Made by a program: the position numbers and the translations under genes. From the NCBI GenBank assembly GCA_032128875.1, contig JAVLKG010000006.1:160001-224000 (forward strand): DNA of 64,000 nucleotides, read 5' to 3'. This document shows, in pieces, positions 9,971 through 20,495 of the stretch (positions are counted from its first letter, which is position 1; each line of letters opens with the position of its first letter). The notes under the pieces are model-generated. The model made no database searches, had not been told where the DNA came from, and saw only the letters and a program-made list of their open reading frames with translations. Source of the stretch: Candidatus Melainabacteria bacterium 17Bon1m (GTDB lineage: Bacteria > Cyanobacteriota > Vampirovibrionia > Obscuribacterales > Obscuribacteraceae).

Positions 9971-11425
9971 ATGCTCGCCTCTAGGTCTCGCGATTGGCAC
10001 AGGAGTGCAACCACTCCTCTGACCGTAGCGTTGACGATTTCGCTTTGCGCGCAGGCACTTGTTGTTGGTCCTGCGGAAGCTCTGTCGTTCATTTCGGCAA
10101 AGAAATCTCAATTGCAGACACCGATGGAAGCAAAATTGGATGATGAATCCGGTCCGTCTGCTGATACCGTATCTGGTGATGCAGCCGAGGCTCCCGCTGC
10201 AGTGACTGCAGCTTCTAGTGAAAAACCAAGTTCTAACGAAAAGCCAAGCTCTAGCGAAAAGTCGAAATCGAAGAAAGACACCAAGCACGTAAAAGAAACT
10301 GCAAAGGCTACACCTAAGAAGGATGAGCCCGTAAGCTTGGCTCCGGTCAGCCTTAGTGATGACAAAGCTTCTGATTCGGCCTCTGAGTCCAATTCACAAA
10401 CAGCTTCAGAATCCACTGAACCAGCAGCAGCGACAAATGGTGAGAAGGGTGACGCGCAGTACATGAAGCTTCACGCAGAGACTATGGGTATTGCTCCTAA
10501 GGGACCTCTCGATGGAGAAGGACCGGGCACTCCCACGACACTCCCGACTAAATCACTTAAGTCTGAAATTGCTCCCGGAAAAGGACGTCTTGTTGATCAG
10601 GCCGGTTCTGTCAATCTTCTGCCGACAGCCTTGATGAACACCGACGCCGAAGAAGATCAAAAGACAATTACCGATCTGGACTGCGAACGCGCTCAGATTT
10701 CCGATCTCTGGGAAGCGACGTTGACACGGTCGCAAGATATTCAATTTGTTGTTCAAAAGCTATTGCCTTCCAGTGACAAGAGTCACACCACAACGGCTTT
10801 GATGCGCATGATTTCTTCGACGCTCTGCAGTGGTGTCAGCGCTGCTGCGATGATGTCGCCGAGCCCAATGACATATGGTGCGACTCAAGCAGGCTCTCAG
10901 ATGATCATGAACGTCATGGGCGCCTTTGATGCTAAAGCTGCCAGAAAAGCCCAGATCGATCAGGGGCAGGCAATCACTCTCTATCAAATGGTAAGAAGTA
11001 CTGCCGACAAAGTCACAGAGACCTATAGAGACTATAAGAAGTTCGTACGCCGTCTCGACCGTGCGCAGACCATCACATCTGATTTGCAAAACATGATCAG
11101 GGATGCTCGCGCTGGGCAAGATGCCGCAAAACAAATCGAGATGGAATACACACTTGCGAAGTCAAAAGGTGACATCGAAGAAGCTGTCTATGACGCACGG
11201 CGCTACCGCCAAAGCTTGATCGACCTCGCCGGTGCCGAAGCTGTTAACAAACTCGATCAATCTTTGCAAGATCAAATGCTCGCGGAAAAAGAGCTGGAGA
11301 AGAAATCTCAAATAGCTGAAAAGCCAGTTGCCGCGCCAACCAAAGAAAGTAAGAAAACTATGGATGCTTTGATCAAGTTGAACAACATGGTTCAACCGCA
11401 ACAGCAAAATAATGCAAATATGTAG
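9971..11425 (+). CDS. Hypothetical secreted coiled-coil protein
   Basis: 484-aa ORF with signal-like N-terminus, low-complexity linker and helical C-terminal half; no family recognised. Confidence 0.7.
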   Translation: MLASRSRDWHRSATTPLTVALTISLCAQALVVGPAEALSFISAKKSQLQTPMEAKLDDESGPSADTVSGDAAEAPAAVTAASSEKPSSNEKPSSSEKSKSKKDTKHVKETAKATPKKDEPVSLAPVSLSDDKASDSASESNSQTASESTEPAAATNGEKGDAQYMKLHAETMGIAPKGPLDGEGPGTPTTLPTKSLKSEIAPGKGRLVDQAGSVNLLPTALMNTDAEEDQKTITDLDCERAQISDLWEATLTRSQDIQFVVQKLLPSSDKSHTTTALMRMISSTLCSGVSAAAMMSPSPMTYGATQAGSQMIMNVMGAFDAKAARKAQIDQGQAITLYQMVRSTADKVTETYRDYKKFVRRLDRAQTITSDLQNMIRDARAGQDAAKQIEMEYTLAKSKGDIEEAVYDARRYRQSLIDLAGAEAVNKLDQSLQDQMLAEKELEKKSQIAEKPVAAPTKESKKTMDALIKLNNMVQPQQQNNANM

Positions 11426-11502
11426 TTCGTATTTGATGCGGATGGCATACTTGAACTAGTTTTTAACCAAAACTGCTACCCGCAAAAATAAAGGACTTCG
11501 AA

Positions 11503-12522
11503 GTGCGTATCAATCAAAGATGGTTTGTATGGATCATCCTCATACTTTGTATTGCCGCTATTCCAGCGGGTTTAATTGACCAGAAGAGGTCAGCCGCAGC
11601 TGATGACACAGATTCAGATGACCACGATTTCTTTGTCAACTCAATGCTCAAAAAAGATCGCATCAAAGTGATCAGGCTTGAGGGCATGATTGTCGACAAA
11701 ACTGATTCCTCAATTCTGCCTTCTAAAACCGGCTCGGCAAGCGCTTGTACGCGAGCACTACGCAAAGCTGCAAAAGATAAACATATAAAAGGTATTTTGA
11801 TCAGGATGAATACTCCTGGCGGAACAGTTGCAACCTCTCAGGAAATCACCGACGCCGTAAATGCTGTAAAAGCGGAGGGAAAGCCGGTCTACGTATCAAT
11901 GGCTGATCTGTCTGCTTCGGGTGGATATTACGTTGCAGCAGCCTCAGACAAGATCTATGCCTTGCCTGGATCGATTACAGGCTCCATCGGCGTAATAATG
12001 CATCTAATGAACTTTAAGACGCTTGGCGAGAAAGTAGGCATCGCTGACGTAGTCATCAAGTCCGGTCCGTTCAAAGACATTGCTTCTCCATATCGCGCCA
12101 TGACAGATGAAGAACGCAGCATCTTACAAGCAATGATCGCGGATTCATACGATCAGTTTGTGACCTCTGTTGCGAAAGGTCGAAAAATGAAAGTCGAAGA
12201 CGTGAAGAAGCTTGCCGACGGTCGCATCTATACAGGCAGACAAGCGAAGAAAAATGGTCTAATCGATGAGCTTGGCGGCTACGATGAAGCCCTTGATGCT
12301 CTGCAGGCAGTTTGCATGAAGGAAAACAACCTCATCGATAAATTGCCTGTCGAAGACAAAGCGGATTCCAGCTTCTTACGAAATCTTCTCGAGTCAACAA
12401 ACGGCACAAATCTGTTTTCTCAAAATCACTACCGGATCAGCTCGGGATTAGGCGCAGAAGAAATAGTGACCGACTATTTTATGAACAAGCTTTACAAGCA
12501 GCCTTTATGGATGCTGCAGTAG
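11503..12522 (+). CDS. sppA: Signal peptide peptidase SppA (S49)
   Basis: MNTPGG, SASGGYY, TGSIGV, KSGPFKD, ADGRIYTGRQA motifs. Confidence 0.95.
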   Translation: MRINQRWFVWIILILCIAAIPAGLIDQKRSAAADDTDSDDHDFFVNSMLKKDRIKVIRLEGMIVDKTDSSILPSKTGSASACTRALRKAAKDKHIKGILIRMNTPGGTVATSQEITDAVNAVKAEGKPVYVSMADLSASGGYYVAAASDKIYALPGSITGSIGVIMHLMNFKTLGEKVGIADVVIKSGPFKDIASPYRAMTDEERSILQAMIADSYDQFVTSVAKGRKMKVEDVKKLADGRIYTGRQAKKNGLIDELGGYDEALDALQAVCMKENNLIDKLPVEDKADSSFLRNLLESTNGTNLFSQNHYRISSGLGAEEIVTDYFMNKLYKQPLWMLQ

Positions 12523-12544
12523 CAGATGTCTGGGCTATATCAAA

Positions 12545-13159
12545 ATGACTGAAAGCGCAAACGAACTTGAACTGAACAAAGCACCCGGCGAGACTGTCGG
12601 TATTCATCATTGGGCGGATGTTTTCTACGGGGTGCTAGTGGCGCCTGGGCAGACAATGAGGGTGCTTTCTGATGCATCTCAGTACAAGCCGACCGATACG
12701 GCTGTTCTCTTTTCGTTGGCGACTGTATTGACCAGCTCATGGATAGCATCATTTGGCGCGTCGGGCGGAGATGCAGGAGTGGCGGCTCAGGTTGGAATTT
12801 CCATTTGCACTTTGTTGGGAGTGCTTTGGTGGGTAGGTTTTTCACTTTTGCTCTTTGTACTTTCTCGGTTGTGCCGTTCGTCGAAGCATAATCTTGCATC
12901 GGCGCTCATCGCCACCGGCTGGGCGTTTGTGCCTGTTTATTTCATCAATCCGGCCAAATGTCTGTTATCTGTTCCGGTTTTGGGCTCAGTTGTAATCGTT
13001 GGGCTCGTTGTCTGGATGTGCGCGCTTCAATGGTTCGCTTTCATGTCCATGCTCGATTTCAATCACAAGCGAATGTTCGCGCTTGGCTTTGCATTGCCTC
13101 TTCTCTATAAGCTGACTTTGCTCATCGGATTGCTTTTCCTGCTCGGGATTGTCTTTTAA
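12545..13159 (+). CDS. Yip1-family membrane protein
   Basis: 'FYGVLVAPGQTMR' followed by about five hydrophobic helices; next to sppA. Confidence 0.65.
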   Translation: MTESANELELNKAPGETVGIHHWADVFYGVLVAPGQTMRVLSDASQYKPTDTAVLFSLATVLTSSWIASFGASGGDAGVAAQVGISICTLLGVLWWVGFSLLLFVLSRLCRSSKHNLASALIATGWAFVPVYFINPAKCLLSVPVLGSVVIVGLVVWMCALQWFAFMSMLDFNHKRMFALGFALPLLYKLTLLIGLLFLLGIVF

Positions 13160-14101
13160 GTGCCGAAGCCCGTCATAGCCATCGTCGGACCGACAGCTTC
13201 CGGCAAAACAGCCTTGAGCTTGAGGTTGGCCGAAAGGTTGCCTGTCGAGATAGTTGCTTGCGATTCTCGAACTATATATAGGCGAATGGACATAGGCACG
13301 GCAAAACCATCAGTCGAAGAACAGGCGAAGGTCAAACATCATCTTCTCGATGTTGCCGATGTAGACCAGAATTACACGGTAGCGAACTATAAGGATGATG
13401 CCGCTCGGGCGATTGAAGACATTCATGCGCGAGGAAAAATTCCAATTGTTTGTGGTGGAACCGGCTTTTATGCTCGTGCCTTGCTTGAAGGACTCTCCAT
13501 CCCGGAAGTGCCACCCAATCAGGCTTTGCGGGATGAGCTCAATGAATTTGCAGATAAAAATGGCAACGAGCAGCTTTTTGCTCGGCTGGCAGAACTCGAT
13601 CCTGTGAGTGCGGAACGTTTGAACGCGAACGATCGCTATAGAGTCGTGCGCGCGCTTGAAGTTTCAATCACACTGGGAAAACCCTTTTCGCAGGCGGCAA
13701 CACTAAGACCGGCGCCTTATCCCACTATATGGATTGGGCTTGGCGTGCAGAATCGACAATATATAAAGGATTTGATTGAGACTCGTCTTGATGAGCAAAT
13801 CAGTGCAGGATTGATTGATGAAGTGAAAGATTTGCTCAGTGATTACGGACCTACAAGGGCACTTCTCAATGCTGTTCCGTATAAAGAAGTAATTGCATAT
13901 TTAGATGGGAATTGCTCTCTTGAGCAAGCGCGTCTCGATGCTCAAAAGCACAACTATCAGCTCGCCAGACGGCAGATCATGTGGTTTCGTGCAAACGAAA
14001 ACACGACATGGTTTATGGTCGATGTAGAAGAGCGTGAAAGTATTTTTTCGCAAGTGCAGGATCTGATTTATCGAAAAATCACTGATGTGCAAAACATTTG
14101 A
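13160..14101 (+). CDS. miaA: tRNA dimethylallyltransferase
   Basis: GPTASGKT, DSRTIYRRMDIGTAKP, CGGTGFY, RVVRALEV, LARRQIMWF. Confidence 0.96.
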   Translation: MPKPVIAIVGPTASGKTALSLRLAERLPVEIVACDSRTIYRRMDIGTAKPSVEEQAKVKHHLLDVADVDQNYTVANYKDDAARAIEDIHARGKIPIVCGGTGFYARALLEGLSIPEVPPNQALRDELNEFADKNGNEQLFARLAELDPVSAERLNANDRYRVVRALEVSITLGKPFSQAATLRPAPYPTIWIGLGVQNRQYIKDLIETRLDEQISAGLIDEVKDLLSDYGPTRALLNAVPYKEVIAYLDGNCSLEQARLDAQKHNYQLARRQIMWFRANENTTWFMVDVEERESIFSQVQDLIYRKITDVQNI

Positions 14102-14436
14102 ACACAATAATTTTGCAAAATTGCAGTTTGAATTCTGTTCGAATTGAAAAAATCGCACCCATCACCCTTGCGTGGTAGGGCTCGTAAAGCCTTTATCAGT
14201 AAGCGTTTGCGGAGTTGGTTGTGCTGAAGCTCTGACTTATCTTCACTCGTAATTGAGAATGAGCATTTCAATTTCTTCCGCATGTGATGCTCATTTTCCT
14301 GATCTTCGATCTAGACGCCAAGAGATTTAGAGTTATACTGGTAAAAGTTTTTACACCCCAGATCAAGCTCAGTTAGAAGTTTTCGATCAATTCAATTGAG
14401 TTTGTAGAGATAGCAAATACAAGGCGGCACTCTGGG

Positions 14437-14775
14437 ATGAAGCGATCGACAACTGATGAATACAGAGAAGTGGCATTGCCCTGGAGCGACGGCACACTCT
14501 CAGCAAGACTTTGGAAGGCACGCGGACGCGTTGTTGTAGGTGTCCCGGAGCTGGGTTTGCACTGCTATGGTGCTACAGAGCCGGAAGCCGTCTTTCGACT
14601 TTTCACTTCGTTGCTCAAGTATTATCGCCAGCTAAGAGCATTCAAGGCGCGGCTTGGGGACAAAGGACTTGAGCATCTCGATTTACTCAAAGGCTGGGTG
14701 GAGTCCATCGAGGATCGCATGAAGGCTCCTTCGATTGACAATAAAGTCGTTGCGCTTTCCCGGTCACGTCGATAG
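14437..14775 (+). CDS. HicB-like fold protein, no adjacent HicA
   Basis: 'VVGVPELGLHCYGATEPEAVFRL' resembles the HicB partial RNase H motif. Confidence 0.55.
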   Translation: MKRSTTDEYREVALPWSDGTLSARLWKARGRVVVGVPELGLHCYGATEPEAVFRLFTSLLKYYRQLRAFKARLGDKGLEHLDLLKGWVESIEDRMKAPSIDNKVVALSRSRR

Positions 14776-14830
14776 TTCAAAAGATCCGTTCTCTGGAAGT
14801 CGCCGGCTTCCTACAAGTCAAAAGTCATAG

Positions 14831-14856
14831 CAACTGCAGTATCTGCAGTTGTTTTT
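14831..14856 (+). terminator. Intrinsic terminator
   Basis: CAACTGCAG-TAT-CTGCAGTTG followed by TTTTT. Confidence 0.7.
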
Positions 14857-15031
14857 GTTCTTGAAGAGTTATTCAAATCGAAGATTCCAAATTGAAATTC
14901 CAAGCGAAAGTCCAAACCAAATTTCTAATTAGAAGACCACACTGCGAGTCCGTACCGAAAATCCGTATCGATTGAACTTTTTGAGTGTCGATTACGTATT
15001 TATCGATAGAGAGCTTTTTCGAGTGATACTC

Positions 15032-15436
15032 ATGTCCAAAAACTTCCTTATTTTGGGGACGGCAATATTGTTGTCTGGCTGGAGTTTGCCCGCTCGGGGC
15101 GACGAGCTTAGAGGGACTAATAAAGAGAGCGATTCGGGGGCGACTTGTGTCTCTTCCGGTTCCTCATCGGTGTCTTTGCCGAATAGCGAACTGCCAGTGA
15201 AATACATAGGTAATTCGCAGAGCCACAAGTTTCACAGACCGTCCTGTCCTTTTGCTCGGATAATGGCCCCCAGCAAGAGGATGCAGTTTTATTTCAGGCG
15301 CCAGGCCGTTGGATATGGGCAAAAGCCCTGCCGTTATTGCCTTCCTGCTCTCTGGAAAGTAGTAAGAGCGCGCCTGCTTACGCCGCTTGATAGCGAAAAG
15401 GCCAAAGCCGCGCAGCCGGTTACCGCTCCCCCTTAA
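15032..15436 (+). CDS. Secreted protein with Ada-type metal-binding domain
   Basis: Signal peptide from MSKNFL; 'YIGNSQSHKFHRPSC...GQKPCRYC'. Confidence 0.75.
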   Translation: MSKNFLILGTAILLSGWSLPARGDELRGTNKESDSGATCVSSGSSSVSLPNSELPVKYIGNSQSHKFHRPSCPFARIMAPSKRMQFYFRRQAVGYGQKPCRYCLPALWKVVRARLLTPLDSEKAKAAQPVTAPP

Positions 15437-15614
15437 ATCTGCCGTCTCTTGAATTCAGCGGAGTCTGGAAACGCAACGCATATATAGGAAAAGTCCTATG
15501 CTCGACCCTACTTTATCTTGCTATTCTAGGTATGAGTCATCATTTGGAGCTGGCGCTCAAATAGTGGTATAACGACTCGAGAAGGCACCTTCCATCGGAA
15601 TTGCGACTTAAAAA

Positions 15615-18239
15615 ATGAGCTTTGACAGTCTCCAACAAAACTTCGCTCACGCTACTGGTTTTATCTACGATCGAACAATCAGTCCCCGCAAGATGCTGGG
15701 ACAGTGCTTCATCGTATCCAAGAGCCGTGCAGTAACGACAGCCAATAACCTCTACAATTACTCGGAAGCTCCGTGGGCGCTGGAAATTTACTTTCCGCAC
15801 CCGGATGTCACCATCGGCATTAAGTCGATCGCTATCCACAACGACTTCGACCGCCGTGAAGCTCGTAACTATTATCTGCAACAAACCGGCTCACCACTCG
15901 ATGTGCCGCCGGTTCTTCTGAACGACCTGGCAACCATTGTCATGGACAGCCAGTTGTCCGAGCTGCAAGCCGACAAAGTGGCTGAGATCAACCGTGCTCT
16001 TTCTATCCCATTCTCTAATCAAGGCGTGGAAGCGTCTGGAAACGTACGCGGGACGGAGCTTTTCTCTGTTATCAATTCGGTGTTGGAGTCGCGCCGTGAA
16101 GGACTCTTGACTTTGTATGATAAGCGCAACATCCCTATGGCTCGTCTGCAGCTGGGACAAGGCACGATTCTCAAATGTCACTATCGGGCAATGATTGGCG
16201 AAATGGCCTTCGCCGAACTGGTTTATAGAAAACCGGCGGAGGGTTATTCTTTCCAGCCCATGGCTTCTTTCAACTGGGGCGGTGTGCGTGACATAACAGT
16301 CCCGACCGATCAGTTAATTCAAGAAGCTGTTCGTCGGGCTAATGAAGTACCTCAAATCGTCAACTATTTGAGCTCCACTGGTATGGAAGCGAGATTCCAG
16401 CGCAGCGTCGGCGAAATGAATCCCGAGAATTGCTCGGAGAACATACGTTGGTTTGTCGAACTGCTCTGGCAAGCGCTTGATGGCTACATCACTGTAGACA
16501 GATTGCCTGAGCGCCTCGGCGTTGATACTTACACGATTCTCCAGGCGTTGCGTGAGCTGGTGAACAAGGGCTATGTTGCGCTGCTCAACCGCGCTTCGCC
16601 CTTCCCGTGCAATGGTCAGCTTGGTACTCCCCTCGTTTCGCACACTGACTTCGATATCAATCCAGGCGATTCGGTCACAGCGTTCTATCTAGATCCATTA
16701 TCGGGTGCTGCAACCTGGCAGCAAGGCACATTCTTCGGTGTTTCCAGCGTCCTGCAGCCGAAAAACTTGCTGCACACGATCCCGATTTTGCCCGGTGCTG
16801 CCGGCGCGTTGATCTTGAAAAACTACAAGCTTGTAGGGGTTCATGGCGGCGCCATTGCACCAAAGCCCGGTCAGGAGTCGCAGCGTCTTTTCCAGATGAT
16901 GTGGATTGGAGCGTTGCTCGACATGAGTGCTCGCAAACTCAGAACAGCACAAGAAGGCGCGGAAGAAGAGACAGACGGCATCGCCGGTTTGCGATCCAAG
17001 TTGGAAAGCGAAAGCACTGCGGCAGCCGCTGAAAAGGCCGCATTGCAATGTCCGAATTGCATGTCCTTTAATTCCAAGCCCGGCCCGTGCATCACTTGCG
17101 GGACCGAAATCGAGGCTCCTCCGGAAGAAGTCGTCCCGGAAAACAAAGTTGAGATGGTCGTCTACAAGGCGAAGAAGCTCAAAGAAAAATACAACGTCAC
17201 CAACAAGCAACTGGCGATTGCCGGCGCGGTCGTTGCTCTGCCTCTGGTAATGATGATGATGTGCAGTTCTCCGCAGCCTCCAACTCCCGGAGTTAAGGAC
17301 GGAGGAGCTGGAACAGCAACCGATACTGCAGCACCGACAGTGCACCAGAATTCCGACAAGGCAATGCAAAATGCAGTTGAATATGCGGGATTCAAGGCCA
17401 CTCCTCCACCCGGTTATTGGTTTGAAGACACAAGCCCACTTACAGGAGAGCAAAAGTCTTTCGGGCTGTACTCAGAGCGCGCCAATCAGAAAATCATCTT
17501 CCTTATTTACGATGATCTTTCCGGCGGCGAGAACAATCTGAAGAACTTCTTCCAGAAGCCGCCTTTCGTCACCGTGCCTCCGGGCGGCGGCGAGGCAAAA
17601 GAGATTGACAGTCAACGTGTGCCGTTTGGAGAAGAGGGTCAATTCTTCACTTATCACGCACTGAAATACGGCTTCATGGAAAATGAAATGACAGCCCTGG
17701 TCGGTTCTATTCCGCCGGTCGATCCTAAGAAATCCATTCTTATGGTTGGGCAGTCCTTGAAAGAAAAAGAACCGTACAACTACAGATCGGCTACTTGGCT
17801 GGTTGACCAGATGGGTTCTGACCGCACAAAACGCGGCAATCAGGCGATGATGTCGAAGACTGATGAAAAAGGCGGTACCACCACCGATGGTACTAGTACG
17901 GATTCTGAAGTCGCAACACCGGAGCAAATGACTGAGTTTCTCACCAAAACAGGAGAGAAAATCAAAGGTAATTTGACTCTGCCTAATGAAGTTGCCGATG
18001 AGCTGAAGAAGAAAAAGTCCAAGAAGTTGAAAGTCAGAGTTGTTGTCGCCGTTGATGCGGAAGGCAAGCTAACGAAGATAGAAATTTCTGAGCCATCGGA
18101 ATTGGAATCAGTCACAAACGCTGTCGTGAAGGCGATCAATAATTCGACGCCGATTGAGAACATACCTAAGACTAAGGACGGCAAGCTCTCGCTGAAGATC
18201 AGTCTCGATATGGACAAGATTACCGTCGAGCAACTTTAG
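15615..18239 (+). CDS. Multidomain membrane protein: split inactive trypsin-like fold / DUF4388 + wHTH / Zn-ribbon / TM / TonB-C-like domain
   Basis: GQCFIVS..AVTTANNL, NDLA, DUF4388-like SGNVRGTELFSVINSVLESRREGLL, PGAAGALILKNYKLVGVH, CPNC..CITC, TM, 'VVVAVDAEGKLTKIEISEPS'. Confidence 0.75.
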   Translation: MSFDSLQQNFAHATGFIYDRTISPRKMLGQCFIVSKSRAVTTANNLYNYSEAPWALEIYFPHPDVTIGIKSIAIHNDFDRREARNYYLQQTGSPLDVPPVLLNDLATIVMDSQLSELQADKVAEINRALSIPFSNQGVEASGNVRGTELFSVINSVLESRREGLLTLYDKRNIPMARLQLGQGTILKCHYRAMIGEMAFAELVYRKPAEGYSFQPMASFNWGGVRDITVPTDQLIQEAVRRANEVPQIVNYLSSTGMEARFQRSVGEMNPENCSENIRWFVELLWQALDGYITVDRLPERLGVDTYTILQALRELVNKGYVALLNRASPFPCNGQLGTPLVSHTDFDINPGDSVTAFYLDPLSGAATWQQGTFFGVSSVLQPKNLLHTIPILPGAAGALILKNYKLVGVHGGAIAPKPGQESQRLFQMMWIGALLDMSARKLRTAQEGAEEETDGIAGLRSKLESESTAAAAEKAALQCPNCMSFNSKPGPCITCGTEIEAPPEEVVPENKVEMVVYKAKKLKEKYNVTNKQLAIAGAVVALPLVMMMMCSSPQPPTPGVKDGGAGTATDTAAPTVHQNSDKAMQNAVEYAGFKATPPPGYWFEDTSPLTGEQKSFGLYSERANQKIIFLIYDDLSGGENNLKNFFQKPPFVTVPPGGGEAKEIDSQRVPFGEEGQFFTYHALKYGFMENEMTALVGSIPPVDPKKSILMVGQSLKEKEPYNYRSATWLVDQMGSDRTKRGNQAMMSKTDEKGGTTTDGTSTDSEVATPEQMTEFLTKTGEKIKGNLTLPNEVADELKKKKSKKLKVRVVVAVDAEGKLTKIEISEPSELESVTNAVVKAINNSTPIENIPKTKDGKLSLKISLDMDKITVEQL

Positions 18240-18423
18240 GCTTCGGCACTGGCTTGATTGCATGTTATTGCACGAAAGTGCAAAGTTCTGGCATGTTCAG
18301 ATCACAGGCATGTTCAGATCTCTTTCGTAATTGAAATCAGAAGTATTGTATTTTTAAATGCGCTGATATGCGCGCAAACTCAATACCTGCGCGCATATAC
18401 AAGTTTTTTAACAGCGGAAGAAT

Positions 18424-18996
18424 TTAGTGTTTCTTCTTCGGCTTTTTGTCTTTGGTAGAACTAGCCTTTTTCTTCATCTCTTCGGCGCCGTAGTTATCTT
18501 CGGTCTTGATGCCATATTCGATGATTTTTGATTTGACGAAATCAAAGTCTTTCACCAGATCTTGAGTTTCGCGAGCCTTTGGCTCGAATTTGACTTTCAG
18601 GGGCACGAGGCGCTTGTAAGTCATATAAGCCAATCTCCACTCGCCTTGCGCGCGATAGATCTGGCTCAAATAACCCATTGCAGTAACTGACTGACCACTT
18701 TCAGGTCCGTATTTCGTATCTGCTTCTTTCAACGCTTTGCTGTAGCAGTCAATTGCGTTGGTGTAGTCGTTATTCTTCTTGTAGTCGTTGCCCATGACGA
18801 TCAAGCCCATGTAATTTTGCTTGGTTTCGCCTAGCCCTCCGCAAGCACCCAGTGCGAGCGACAGCGCGACAACTAGAGCAAACGCGAGCGGTCTGCGCGT
18901 TTTGATCTTTTGCAATCCACCCCAAGAGCCGCTTGTTGCGTGCTTTGTTTTTGACAGAGATTCTTGATCCATCCGGTTTCTCAGATCTGTTGGCAT
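18424..18996 (-). CDS. TPR-containing lipoprotein
   Basis: Lipobox-like LALGAC; TPR-like 'GNDYKKNNDYTNAIDCYSKAL'. Confidence 0.7.
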   Translation of the reverse strand: MPTDLRNRMDQESLSKTKHATSGSWGGLQKIKTRRPLAFALVVALSLALGACGGLGETKQNYMGLIVMGNDYKKNNDYTNAIDCYSKALKEADTKYGPESGQSVTAMGYLSQIYRAQGEWRLAYMTYKRLVPLKVKFEPKARETQDLVKDFDFVKSKIIEYGIKTEDNYGAEEMKKKASSTKDKKPKKKH

Positions 18997-19085
18997 ATCC
19001 GCACAGGTTCCCTTCGCTAACGAAAAACTAGAGCAAGCTTATCAAGAGCAATACTCAATCTCCTCCGCGATTATAGCAGCGGCAA

Positions 19086-20429
19086 TCACGAACCAATTTT
19101 ATGGATCTGAGCATTTGTAAAGTAGTGAGCGAGAATCTCTCGGTAGTTTTTACCGAGCAGAGCCATGCCTTGAGCACCAGTTTGTTGGAGCCCTACACCG
19201 TGCCCCCAGCCCAACCCACGCACCGTTACGGCGCTTAGCAAACCAAGGCGATCGTGCTCATGTTCGAAGAAAATCTTTGCACTCTTGAGGCGTACCAGTT
19301 TTATCTCAGGGTTTCTAAATGTGCTTCTGATGACCAATTCCTTTTTTACCCGCCACTGACCATGCGATGTATGAATCGAAAGTTCGGTAGCCACCCCAGA
19401 GATGCCTCGTCCGGTCACTTCAAACTTTTGAATATGACCAAATTTCCCATCCTCAGGTGGTATCACAAATGGTGCCGTTTCCTGCTCTTTTGCCAGCATG
19501 GATAATTCATGGTGCATGTGTGCTTCCAGCGACTGCGCAGGCATGTGCACAGACCATTTGTAGTGCGGCGACCAACTGTCGAAAGTGGCGTGCTTTTGGC
19601 CATTCCAGCTGTCTTTTAAGCGCTTTTCAATTTCTTGAGCTGATACCTTGGGCTCAAACATTGGCGCATTTAGTTTTTCCGGCACGGCTTTCAAATATGG
19701 AATCGGTGCCGGCGGGAAAATGTTGGTCTTTGGATCGGAAAAACAGTCTTCGTAATTTGATGTATAACCACCGGCGTTCGAACTGAACAACGCCAAAATA
19801 GCCCGGGTGCCGTACTTCAGGATTTCGCTTGATGTCGCCTCAATCGCTTGAGTATGTTTTGCCGAACCGACTGCTTTATGACCGGCGAAATATTGGCAGC
19901 ACAAATACGAATCACAAACGTCCGCATTGTCTTTGTCATGGCTGATGCGCGGGTTGATGGCATACGTGCGAGCGGCAACTGCTTGAGCTTTGAGCGCTTC
20001 AATGTGATAGCTGGCAGGAATTTCGCTTTCCAAAACTCCCTTCAAATAAAGTTCAATATCAAGCACGAGGACTAGCCGGAGATGCCCGTTTTGAGGCGTG
20101 ATGTCTAGCTCGTAGCCGCGATACTCTGGGTGCTCCTGACCTTTTGCACGCGCGCGTTTGATTGAGTTTATAAAAGCAGAATGACCACTTTTGGTCATGT
20201 CGACAGCAACCCTGGAAGCTGTGAAATGCCCGCCACTTCCCGTAATTAAGACATCCAGGTCTTCGCCTTTCGGAGTAACTTTGAGTTGTTGTGCACCATT
20301 GAGAGTGAGCGTTTTTACGCGCTTTTCACTTTCGACTTGTACAGAAAGCCCCAAAGGTGAGGAAACGACAACCTGCTTATGCTCAAGGCTGGAAAGGTCT
20401 GTCGTGGTAAGGGCGACCCGTAACTTCAT
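19086..20429 (-). CDS. SpoIID/LytB domain protein (lytic transglycosylase family)
   Basis: 'ELYLKGVLESEI...EALKAQAVAARTYA', 'GWGHGVGLQQTGA...YREILAHYF'. Confidence 0.92.
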   Translation of the reverse strand: MKLRVALTTTDLSSLEHKQVVVSSPLGLSVQVESEKRVKTLTLNGAQQLKVTPKGEDLDVLITGSGGHFTASRVAVDMTKSGHSAFINSIKRARAKGQEHPEYRGYELDITPQNGHLRLVLVLDIELYLKGVLESEIPASYHIEALKAQAVAARTYAINPRISHDKDNADVCDSYLCCQYFAGHKAVGSAKHTQAIEATSSEILKYGTRAILALFSSNAGGYTSNYEDCFSDPKTNIFPPAPIPYLKAVPEKLNAPMFEPKVSAQEIEKRLKDSWNGQKHATFDSWSPHYKWSVHMPAQSLEAHMHHELSMLAKEQETAPFVIPPEDGKFGHIQKFEVTGRGISGVATELSIHTSHGQWRVKKELVIRSTFRNPEIKLVRLKSAKIFFEHEHDRLGLLSAVTVRGLGWGHGVGLQQTGAQGMALLGKNYREILAHYFTNAQIHKIGS

Positions 20430-20495
20430 GAAAAAATAGAGCGCTTCCTATCGATATGTGGAGATCGCGCTTTGCTCGGTTGTATCTTTGAAAAG

